Assembly (NCBI GenBank): GCA_964421955.1
Contig: CAYQYU010000004.1
Span: 1 to 64,000 of the forward strand
Direction: 5' to 3'
Length of the DNA stretch: 64,000 bases
From: an uncultured archaeon
Lineage (GTDB): Archaea; Nanohalarchaeota; Nanosalinia; Nanosalinales; Nanosalinaceae
A program made the position numbers and the translations under genes. The notes beneath the pieces are model-generated. The model had not been told where the DNA came from. It saw only the letters and a program-made list of their open reading frames with translations, and did no database searches. Below are positions 56,506-64,000 of this stretch, piece after piece; positions within the stretch are counted from its first letter, which is position 1, and each line of letters begins with the position of its first letter.

Positions 56506-57296
56506 TACTCTTCACTTTTATTGAAGATGGTGTCTGCGGCCCTCTCATTGAATGTCTTCATGATCTGGTCCCGGACCTCTGAGACGTTTTCAGAATCCTT
56601 TATCCAGTACTCTGCCTGGACCACTGCCTTGTCGTCCTCGTAACCCTTCATGTCAACATTGGGCGAAGGGTTCTTTCTCACCCGATCATTTTTCTGGGCG
56701 ATATCCCTCAAGATCTCGGATGTCTCCTCGACCTTTGGGGGTGCAACCTTGACCTGAATCACCGTCTTCGTTCTGTCGCCGCGGGTAAAGTTTTTGACGG
56801 GGTTCTGTGTAAGCACGTTGTTCGGAACCACGGTCTTTTCGTCTATATTCCCGTTAAGCACGGTGGCATGGAGCTTGATATCCATGACCACTCCCTCGAT
56901 ATCATTGACACGGATATAGTCATTCTTCACAAACGGGTTGTCGAGGTGGATAAATATGCCCGCCACCACGTTAGAGACCTGATCCCTCATCCCGAAACCC
57001 ACGGCAACAGTTACCGCGGCCGCTATCGCTCCTATAACAGTAGTGAGCCCTCCGAAGTTGGCGGCCTGTAGGGACACTATAAACACCAAGAACAGGCTGA
57101 TCACGCCCACGAAGTTCTGGATCGAATGCCGGGACTTCTTGTCAGCATTTCTCTTCTTCGCGGCCCTCGATGTCATAGGAATCAGGACCAGCTTTATGAA
57201 AAGCACTCCGATGAAAAAGGTGGCGAAGAAGCGTGCAAGCTGGAGATATACCGCGGTGTCCGGCAGAAGCCCTTCCAGGAATATCTCGATAGCCAT
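56505..57296 (-). CDS. mscS: Small-conductance mechanosensitive channel
   Basis: VGFG.RDQVSNVVAGI......PF...DYI, VPN..L....V.N. Confidence 0.92.
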   Translation of the reverse strand: MAIEIFLEGLLPDTAVYLQLARFFATFFIGVLFIKLVLIPMTSRAAKKRNADKKSRHSIQNFVGVISLFLVFIVSLQAANFGGLTTVIGAIAAAVTVAVGFGMRDQVSNVVAGIFIHLDNPFVKNDYIRVNDIEGVVMDIKLHATVLNGNIDEKTVVPNNVLTQNPVKNFTRGDRTKTVIQVKVAPPKVEETSEILRDIAQKNDRVRKNPSPNVDMKGYEDDKAVVQAEYWIKDSENVSEVRDQIMKTFNERAADTIFNKSEE

Positions 57297-57332
57297 ATGA
57301 GTAGTAAGGGTCTGCTCTGTATAAAAAATCGA

Positions 57333-58457
57333 TCAGACCTCGACTTCAAGCTCCTCCTGTGTCACAAGTCTGACGCTCGAAGAGCTGGCGTAGCCATCCG
57401 TCTTCATCCCGACAACGTAGTCCGCATCAAAACTCTCCGCGGCCTCGACTTTTTCGCGGCTGATCTCGCCGTCAAAGGCAAGGGCGTAACAGCTCTCAGT
57501 TTCCGCCTCTTCAATCCTGTTGATCGGTATCTTCTCCTCAACCTCGAGCTCCGAGTCCAGAATGTACGCTGCCCTGGTTCCTACAAGCTCCTCAAGAATC
57601 CCCTGGAAATTCTCGAGGAGCTCTGCATCCGGCTCTCCGGTCTCCGGGTCCGAGTACTTCGCGGCCTCCTTATCCCTCAGAGACGAGAAAATCTGCTTCT
57701 TGCCCAACTCCTCGACCTCCCTGTCTTCCGGCGCCCTCGCAACATAGTCGACCCGGGACTTTTCCTTCAGTTCTTCAAGTATAAGATTGCCGCCTCTGTC
57801 TCCATCGAGGAACGCGGTAACTTTCTTTCCCTCGACCACTTCAGAAATCTTCTCTGGTACGGAGGTTCCTCCTATCGCGACCGCATTCTTAACACCGTTT
57901 TTGAGTAGTTTCAGCAGGTCGGCGCGGCCCTCCACAAGGACGATCTCCTCGGACTCGGCGACCTCGGGACCTGCCTTGAATCCCTTGTACTCCGTTAACT
58001 GGCCGGCCCTAACCTCCTTTTTTACCTCCTGGTTGATTTTGCCGTGATCAGGCGATCCAGACTCAAGTTCCTGAAGTAACTGTTTAGCTCTCTTCCTGAT
58101 ATAGTCGCGCTTCGAGACTCTCTCGTCACGGATCTCCTCCACCTTTATAGAAGCGTTTGTCGGCCCCACGCGCTCTATCGTCTCAAGTGATGCCGCGATT
58201 AATGCTGTATCGGCGGCATCAAGGGAAGATGGTATCTCTATCGATGCGTTTGACGAGCCGTTCTCCTTCTCCACCTCGACGTTTATTCGGCCTATTCTTC
58301 CGCGCTCCTGTAGTTCACGGAGGTCGAGATCCTCGCCAAGGAGTCCCTCGGTCTGTCCGAAGATCGCGCCGACGATATCTGGTTTCTCAACTATTCCAGA
58401 AGAATCAAGCTTTGCGTCAATTATGTATTTTACGGAGCTCTGCGACACTTTACCCAT
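57333..58457 (-). CDS. dnaG: Archaeal DnaG (primase-like, exosome-associated)
   Basis: VEKPDIVGAIFGQTEGLLG, TOPRIM VEGRAD...DGDRGG. Confidence 0.95.
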   Translation of the reverse strand: MGKVSQSSVKYIIDAKLDSSGIVEKPDIVGAIFGQTEGLLGEDLDLRELQERGRIGRINVEVEKENGSSNASIEIPSSLDAADTALIAASLETIERVGPTNASIKVEEIRDERVSKRDYIRKRAKQLLQELESGSPDHGKINQEVKKEVRAGQLTEYKGFKAGPEVAESEEIVLVEGRADLLKLLKNGVKNAVAIGGTSVPEKISEVVEGKKVTAFLDGDRGGNLILEELKEKSRVDYVARAPEDREVEELGKKQIFSSLRDKEAAKYSDPETGEPDAELLENFQGILEELVGTRAAYILDSELEVEEKIPINRIEEAETESCYALAFDGEISREKVEAAESFDADYVVGMKTDGYASSSSVRLVTQEELEVEV

Positions 58458-58698
58458 GTTTTTCAAGCTCCTCCATTATCTCGTCTTCCCCCATGTCGAT
58501 CGCCAGCTTTTTCCGCCGGGAGTTATGACCCGACACTATCCCCGGCTTCTTTCCAAGCATTTCCCCCAGCCTTCTAACAAGCTCGGCGTTGGCCCGGCCT
58601 TTCTCGGCTTCACTTTCAAGGTAGATCTTCGTTATATCGCCTGTCTCGATCCTGAAATCGTCCGATCCAGGCTCCGCTTTCACGTATATCCGGGCCAT
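58450..58698 (-). CDS. DUF167/YggU-family protein
   Basis: GRANAELV..L......IVSG.NSRRK; start reassigned to 58698. Confidence 0.88.
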   Translation of the reverse strand: MARIYVKAEPGSDDFRIETGDITKIYLESEAEKGRANAELVRRLGEMLGKKPGIVSGHNSRRKKLAIDMGEDEIMEELEKHG

Positions 58699-58700
58699 AG

Positions 58701-58871
58701 TATGATTTTGCTGCCCTGTAACACAGGTCAATCATAGATCCTGCCCTTTCGGGGGACCGTTCATGCCTGCTGACCGTAGGGCAGCCCTAGAGGAAAATAG
58801 TGACAGAAGCTTTTTCTGGTTATCGGTTACTATGCTAGATTCTGAAGTGCGTTCGGCCTGCGGCCGAATGC
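58701..58871. ncRNA. Candidate structured RNA or cis-regulatory leader
   Basis: Three consecutive helical domains fill the intergenic gap. Confidence 0.5.
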
Positions 58872-58901
58872 TCTATTGCGTGTGAACCGAGCTTAACCGG
58901 T

Positions 58902-59561
58902 TCACTGGAAAAACACTCCTTCTTCTGGCATCGGCTTGAACTCGGCCTGCCTGGTCTTTGTCTGTATAGGTTCCTCGCCATGGTACTTCCTGACATACTG
59001 GAAGTATTCCGTGGTGCGCTCGATCGCGTATTCTCCATCCCTGTCGACCGTGTCGTGACCGATATGCTTCATGAAAGCCCACCTGAAGAACCGGTTTAGA
59101 GGTCTCGCAATAAAGCGCGGGAGAAAGGTTATCCCCTTTGGCATCTCGTACTTGATCTGGGTGGTGACGTGGTACTCCACCATGCAGAAGTCGTTTTCCC
59201 CGGAAGGAGGTGACTTGGTCTGGATATCCGTAATTATCTTTAGTCTTCCCCAGCCTCCGCTCGGCAGATCCTCATCCGCCTCCATCACAGAGTGGAATTC
59301 GTTGCTGTCAACATTCTGGGAGTAGAAAGTTTCATCTGGACGGCCCATGTCCATATTCTGTTTGAATATGTACTTGTGATCCCTGTAGATCCTCGGAACC
59401 TTCGGGCTCTCGTACCAGTCCATCCTGTTCTGGATCTCTATCCATTCACCGTCAAAAAGATGGAAATCGTGCCAGATGTTGTCATCCTCGTCCTCATCCG
59501 GGTTCGGTCTCTCGAAAAACCAGTATAATATGGAATCTTTCAGGTTGGATAGAGCCGACAT
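58902..59561 (-). CDS. Hypothetical protein (paralogue trio member 3)
   Basis: Acidic ORF; C-terminal helix pattern shared with the two upstream genes. Confidence 0.75.
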   Translation of the reverse strand: MSALSNLKDSILYWFFERPNPDEDEDDNIWHDFHLFDGEWIEIQNRMDWYESPKVPRIYRDHKYIFKQNMDMGRPDETFYSQNVDSNEFHSVMEADEDLPSGGWGRLKIITDIQTKSPPSGENDFCMVEYHVTTQIKYEMPKGITFLPRFIARPLNRFFRWAFMKHIGHDTVDRDGEYAIERTTEYFQYVRKYHGEEPIQTKTRQAEFKPMPEEGVFFQ

Positions 59562-59566
59562 CCGGA

Positions 59567-60190
59567 TCACTTCCAGGGCGGGCTGTAGTGCGAGGCGCCT
59601 GTCCTCCCGATGGCCTTCTCCAGCCCAAACTTCTCCCGCATCAGGTTTTGCATCCGCAGCATCGTCTCCTTTGCCTCCTCCTCGTACTTCTCGATTTCTT
59701 TTGCGTAAAATTTCTTGTACCAGATGCCCACCATTATCTCGTAGAGCTTCGAGCGTTCAAAACGGGTTACATCCTCGGCCTCAAGACCCATCCGGTTCGA
59801 GAACCTCTTGTTAGGCTTCTCAGACTGGCCTGAGGGAAGCCATTCTATGGGTTCGCCGCCAGGATACACAGTTATCACATCAGCATCTATCTTCGACCGG
59901 GCCTTGAGTATCCCCTCTGGACGGTCCTGTGTGTAGAGGTACCGGGGATCCTTCGCCTTGAGGGAAACATTATACCGTATCAGAGTGTGCGGGCTCTTCT
60001 CCTTGAATGCGTTAATACGTATCCTGTCCTTAGGCCTCTCAACGTTGAACTCCATCCTTCCCTCTTCTATACGGTCAATGTCGAACTCCTCTACTAGCAT
60101 GTCCTTGAGGCCTCTATAAACCCGTGCCGGATCGTTCTCTACAAAGAAGTGGTTGCTGGTGACGCCCGCGGACTCTTCAAACCTCACCAT
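59567..60190 (-). CDS. Hypothetical protein (paralogue trio member 2)
   Basis: GGAGGTG SD; similar to 60243-60692. Confidence 0.78.
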   Translation of the reverse strand: MVRFEESAGVTSNHFFVENDPARVYRGLKDMLVEEFDIDRIEEGRMEFNVERPKDRIRINAFKEKSPHTLIRYNVSLKAKDPRYLYTQDRPEGILKARSKIDADVITVYPGGEPIEWLPSGQSEKPNKRFSNRMGLEAEDVTRFERSKLYEIMVGIWYKKFYAKEIEKYEEEAKETMLRMQNLMREKFGLEKAIGRTGASHYSPPWK

Positions 60191-60242
60191 CGATAGAAAA
60201 CACCTCCTGCGTTTTCTTTCCTAATAACCCGGGATAGATCCA

Positions 60243-60692
60243 TCAGGCTTTCACCTCCACCGATTGCCGGAGACGGTTGAAGAACTCTTCAGTCTTGTCT
60301 TCAACCAGGTGCTCGTAGCCCTCCCTGACGCTGCCGTAGAGGAATTTCTCGTACAGGGCGGTGTAGGCGTAGTACCAGAGAGTGTTCTTCCAGCCCTGGG
60401 TCTCGTACTCTGTCACAAGCTTGCCCTTCACCTGGACGTCGAGCTCCCTTGAAGTTCCGTCGATGTAGAGATATATCTCCAGCTTCTCTATCGTTACATT
60501 GTCGAGACCCTCTATAGTCTCTATCTTCGACCTTATCTTCCTCTCCTCTATATCGTTGAAGTACTTTACCTCCATCACTTCATCAAACGTCATCCTCCTC
60601 TCGAGGAGATCCCTTATCTCTGCATAGGCATCCTCAGGATTATCGACCACGAGAGTCTGTCTTCTCCTGACAATCTCCTCAACGATCTTCAT
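60243..60692 (-). CDS. Hypothetical protein (paralogue trio member 1)
   Basis: 149 aa; VDNP..AY..IRDLL similar to VENDP.RVY.GLKDML. Confidence 0.78.
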   Translation of the reverse strand: MKIVEEIVRRRQTLVVDNPEDAYAEIRDLLERRMTFDEVMEVKYFNDIEERKIRSKIETIEGLDNVTIEKLEIYLYIDGTSRELDVQVKGKLVTEYETQGWKNTLWYYAYTALYEKFLYGSVREGYEHLVEDKTEEFFNRLRQSVEVKA

Positions 60693-60729
60693 GAATAGAA
60701 ATTGTCCGCATCAAGTAAAAAGTATCCGG

Positions 60730-61269
60730 TCATAGGGAGGCCCGACACTCCGGACAGAGAAGATGGCCTGACTCTTCCCTGAGGTCGTCCGAATAGTTCT
60801 CGCACTCCTCACAGACACCATCCCTGCCCTCCTCTCTCGGATCCGCAGGGGAGTCCAGTTCCTCCTGCTCCTCCATTATCTCGGCGAAGCCCGGCCACGC
60901 TCTCAGGATGTCTGACTGGGTCAGGATGCCGACGAGCATGTCGTTCCTCACAACAGGAATTCGGGAGACGTCGTTCTTGATCATAGCCATAGCAACGTCG
61001 TCAAGAAGCTCTTCCTCCTCCGCGACGATCAGGTCTGTGCTCATTATTTCCTCTACGCTGGTCTCGGTCGGATCAACGTTCTTCGCGACCACCTTGTAGG
61101 CGATGTCCCTGCAGACAACGATGCCTACAGCCTCGCCGTCATTAACTACCACGAGCCCTCTTATCCACTCCTCTTCAAGAAGCTGTGCGGCCTCCTGGAC
61201 TGTTTTATCCTGTTCAATGGCGATTACGCCGTCAGTCATGACCTCCTTGATTCGGACTTCTCCATTCAT
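60730..61269 (-). CDS. CBS-pair protein with C-terminal zinc ribbon
   Basis: Two CBS repeats, GVCEECE...LLCPECR. Confidence 0.9.
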   Translation of the reverse strand: MNGEVRIKEVMTDGVIAIEQDKTVQEAAQLLEEEWIRGLVVVNDGEAVGIVVCRDIAYKVVAKNVDPTETSVEEIMSTDLIVAEEEELLDDVAMAMIKNDVSRIPVVRNDMLVGILTQSDILRAWPGFAEIMEEQEELDSPADPREEGRDGVCEECENYSDDLREESGHLLCPECRASL

Positions 61270-61307
61270 AATTCTGGTAGCACGCCCGAACCTAAAGAAG
61301 ATTATGG

Positions 61308-64000
61308 TCACGCGGTAAACTGTTTGATACCGGTCTGGCGGTCGTCTTTGCCGAAAAGACTCTGGAGCGTCTTCTTCAGGATCAAAATCTGCTGCCTAAC
61401 GTACGGGGAAACCTCATAGTTCTCGATTATCTGCCTAGACGGTTCAAGGTACTTCTTGATCGTCCCCTCGGAAATTGTAAGAAGAACCTTGCCACCGCAC
61501 TCGGGACACTCCGCAGTGGTTTTACCTGTAGGCGCAATAGTCTGGGCGGTCATCGGGACACGCCGGAACTTGGTGTTGCAGTCGGTACACCGCATCTCTT
61601 GACTTGAGAACGAGCGGAGGTTGCCCTTTATATCCGGGATGAAATGCTTTTGTAGAAGAAGATCGGCGACTGCGTTTTCATCCACCGCTTTAATTCTCCT
61701 GCCCAGCTCGAGCTGTTCAAAGGTCTTCTCGGTCATCTCGTCGAGCGTCACATACTCGCTCTGGTTCGGCGCGTCCTCGACATTCGAGGTCTCATGTGTG
61801 TAGCTGTGGCAGAACGGTTCATCACTATTTACCACATCCTCTCCGATCTCGATATCTGTATTGAGGTCCCACGGGTATTTGTACTCTAGAGTCTCCTGGT
61901 AAAATTCGCGGGGATACTCGCCGACCGTTTCCGTGGCCCAGGCCTCATCATCGACCTCGTCCGGGTTCAATACCGTTGAAAGAATCAGCGGCGCATCCAT
62001 CGTTCTTGCCCCGGTCATGTCAGGAAGGAACTGCCGCGAAAAATTCAGGAGGCCATCCATCAGGAGCAGTATCGCGTCCTCATCCCCGTCGCAGTTCCGC
62101 CTTTTACCAGCGTGCCAGTAAGGATGGGCGTAGATTCCCTTTGCGTCCGTGAACCCTATTATGCGTCCGACCGTTCCTCCGGAGGTGTGGGGGGCCAGTC
62201 CGATCACGAGTTCGCCGACAAGATCTTCCTTATCCTCTACGTTGTAGTAGGGTTCCAGATTGTAGAGCTTCTCCAGGGTTTCATCAACAAACTTCGCGAC
62301 ACCTACAAGGTACTCCGACGCGGCCAGGGATCTGTCGCCATCGGGAACAACTATGTCCTGCGGTTTGAGCGCCAGGACCTGGTCCTTCCGCTCGAGTTCA
62401 TCGCCGTTGACATCCTCAGTGTAGCCGAGCTCTCTCAGTCTTTCAACCGAGACCGATATCTCGCCGGGTTTGAAATGTGTCATGGGTATATCGGTGGCAT
62501 CGTACCTCACTGTGCCGTCCTTGTTGACATAGAGGCCGTGCTTCTGCCGTATAAGTCCTTTCTCGACCGGCTCGACATGTCTATGTTCCCCGGACATTCC
62601 TCGTGGCGACTTCAGCAACTCTGGAAGATGAAGGTTAGTATTCCGTAGCGCTCGGTCAATTACCTTTTTTACGTCAATCTCTGTCCTCTTGTATCGGTTG
62701 AACCTGTCGTTTCCACATTCGCCACACTTCTCCCGTTCCTTTTCGAACTCCTTGCCGCAGCCAGAACAGAACCAGACCTCTTCCGCAGGAACGTCGCAAT
62801 CAAAGCAGTAGGAGAAGTAGCTGTACTCGCTACATTCCGGGCACTGGTTGTGGATTATCTGCTGTTTTATGCTTCCCTTCCTGTAGGACTCGGAAAGGTT
62901 TCTCATCCTCCCTCCTTCCGCTCTTCCACACGGGAAAAGCAGTTGAGGGCGGCCTTCCAGGGTCCTTTTTTCCGCCTTCTCCGGCCGTCCCATCCTCGCA
63001 CCGACGTAGTGCGGTGCCTGATCTCTCAGTTCTGTTCCTGATACATCTTCAAGGTAGTCGAGTATCGCCTCCGAATCTTCAATTTCGGGCTCTTCTGCAT
63101 CCATCAGCAGCTTCTGGAGGACAACGGAGTCTTCTTTCAGGAGCCTGATCTGGCCATCCTCCATCCGGTGAGGTACAAGTATGTCTTCGAGACACTTCTT
63201 TGCCTTCTCGCCCTCAATTTTCCCGGAGTTAATTTCCTGGTGCAGCGCCTCAAATCTTTCAACAGTAGTATCGGTCCAGTGATAGATCCATTTTGGATGT
63301 AGAGGTATCTCCAGCTTCTCCGATATCTTGAAGGCCTCTTCCGGAGTCGGGGAACGCTCCGAGAAGTCACGGCCGAGCTTCACCTCTTTCTCTTTCAGCG
63401 CATGTTCGAGATCTTTCTCCCACCATTCTTCCACGTAAGGTGAAGGTAGAAGTCTCTTCCCGTTCTCGACGAACTCGCCGTATGCGACGAGCATGTCGCC
63501 AAGGAAAAGTATTTCGTCGAGCTCGTCACGCAGTTCTCTGGCCTCCTCCCGGGACTCCACTCTTACTACGTTGCCGTTCTCCAGCCTCACGACAGGAGGA
63601 TGGATAGTGTCGCAGGGAGTTGCGACAGTGCCTTTCATAGGGTACTCTGTCTTCATCTGGGTTCCTGTGGCGATAAACCGGTCTGTTATCTCCATTGTCG
63701 CGGGATGTACCGACACTGCGGCGAGACCGTTAGTTCGGGAGTGGCCGTATCGCAGCCGGAAGCCACCCTTCCTGCCAGGATGGCTGAAGACCGGGCGGCC
63801 CGCGGTCATCGATCCCAGGAACTTGTCGGACGGCTTGTACTTCGAGCTCTCCTCTTGCTCTTCTTCTCCTGAGGAATGGAGCTCTTCCTGGAGTTCAAGG
63901 TATTCCTCTATCCACTTCCAGTGCTCCAGACCGAAGTCGTCGCCCCAGCTCTCGATCCGTTTCTTGATCTTCGGTGCCTTCAGCGGAAGGCCGTCGAGGT
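61308..64000 (-). CDS. polC: DNA polymerase D large subunit DP2 (5' part beyond the window)
   Basis: GGFRLRYG.SR..G, GARMGRPEKA, KDGTVRYD, RRNCDGDED, zinc fingers; frame open to the window end. Confidence 0.97.
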   Translation of the reverse strand, partial: LDGLPLKAPKIKKRIESWGDDFGLEHWKWIEEYLELQEELHSSGEEEQEESSKYKPSDKFLGSMTAGRPVFSHPGRKGGFRLRYGHSRTNGLAAVSVHPATMEITDRFIATGTQMKTEYPMKGTVATPCDTIHPPVVRLENGNVVRVESREEARELRDELDEILFLGDMLVAYGEFVENGKRLLPSPYVEEWWEKDLEHALKEKEVKLGRDFSERSPTPEEAFKISEKLEIPLHPKWIYHWTDTTVERFEALHQEINSGKIEGEKAKKCLEDILVPHRMEDGQIRLLKEDSVVLQKLLMDAEEPEIEDSEAILDYLEDVSGTELRDQAPHYVGARMGRPEKAEKRTLEGRPQLLFPCGRAEGGRMRNLSESYRKGSIKQQIIHNQCPECSEYSYFSYCFDCDVPAEEVWFCSGCGKEFEKEREKCGECGNDRFNRYKRTEIDVKKVIDRALRNTNLHLPELLKSPRGMSGEHRHVEPVEKGLIRQKHGLYVNKDGTVRYDATDIPMTHFKPGEISVSVERLRELGYTEDVNGDELERKDQVLALKPQDIVVPDGDRSLAASEYLVGVAKFVDETLEKLYNLEPYYNVEDKEDLVGELVIGLAPHTSGGTVGRIIGFTDAKGIYAHPYWHAGKRRNCDGDEDAILLLMDGLLNFSRQFLPDMTGARTMDAPLILSTVLNPDEVDDEAWATETVGEYPREFYQETLEYKYPWDLNTDIEIGEDVVNSDEPFCHSYTHETSNVEDAPNQSEYVTLDEMTEKTFEQLELGRRIKAVDENAVADLLLQKHFIPDIKGNLRSFSSQEMRCTDCNTKFRRVPMTAQTIAPTGKTTAECPECGGKVLLTISEGTIKKYLEPSRQIIENYEVSPYVRQQILILKKTLQSLFGKDDRQTGIKQFTA

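Noticed and set aside
58692-58897. 5S rRNA (GGCCATAG) or RNase P (GAGGAAA, ACAGAA) interpretation
   Set aside because: GGCCAT is the complement of the DUF167 start; no CCGAAC loop; the RNase P-like words are adjacent and cannot form P4
66-63872. Numerous Ser/Arg-rich ORFs antisense to or out of frame with the assigned genes
   Set aside because: Shadow ORFs expected from GAR/GAC-rich acidic coding sequence

Overview
Gene-dense archaeal chromosomal window with very acidic proteins and mostly leaderless genes (AT-rich box about 25-30 nt upstream of the ATG). Gene content is most consistent with a Nanohaloarchaeota (DPANN) genome; this assignment is an inference. Housekeeping content: S-layer protein, TyrRS, SerRS, TopA, RadB/RadA/RPA, two histones, Cdc48, PolB, PolD DP2 (partial), DnaG, pyruvate dehydrogenase operon, ADP-forming acetate-CoA ligase, malic enzyme, P-type ATPase, redox (CcdA/thioredoxin/DsbA) modules, peptidases and an intron-containing tRNA-Thr(CGT). 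No CRISPR array, transposase, integrase or intein was seen. The unexplained signals lie mostly between annotated genes: (i) a tandemly duplicated cassette of four micro-ORFs at 10.56-11.80 kb whose 20-nt leader motif recurs exactly upstream of serS; (ii) a ~540-nt highly structured + strand transcript candidate at 41.45-41.99 kb carrying small ORFs; (iii) an array of GTTC-N9-GAAC palindromes in an ~890-bp gap beside the histone-rpa-radA cluster; (iv) structured leader candidates at 54.9-55.0 kb and 58.7-58.9 kb. Also notable: a circularly permuted DsbA, an Ogg lacking its catalytic Asp, a probable ATC start for E3, and mini-ORFs bridging the pdh genes. All structures were paired by eye, not computed.
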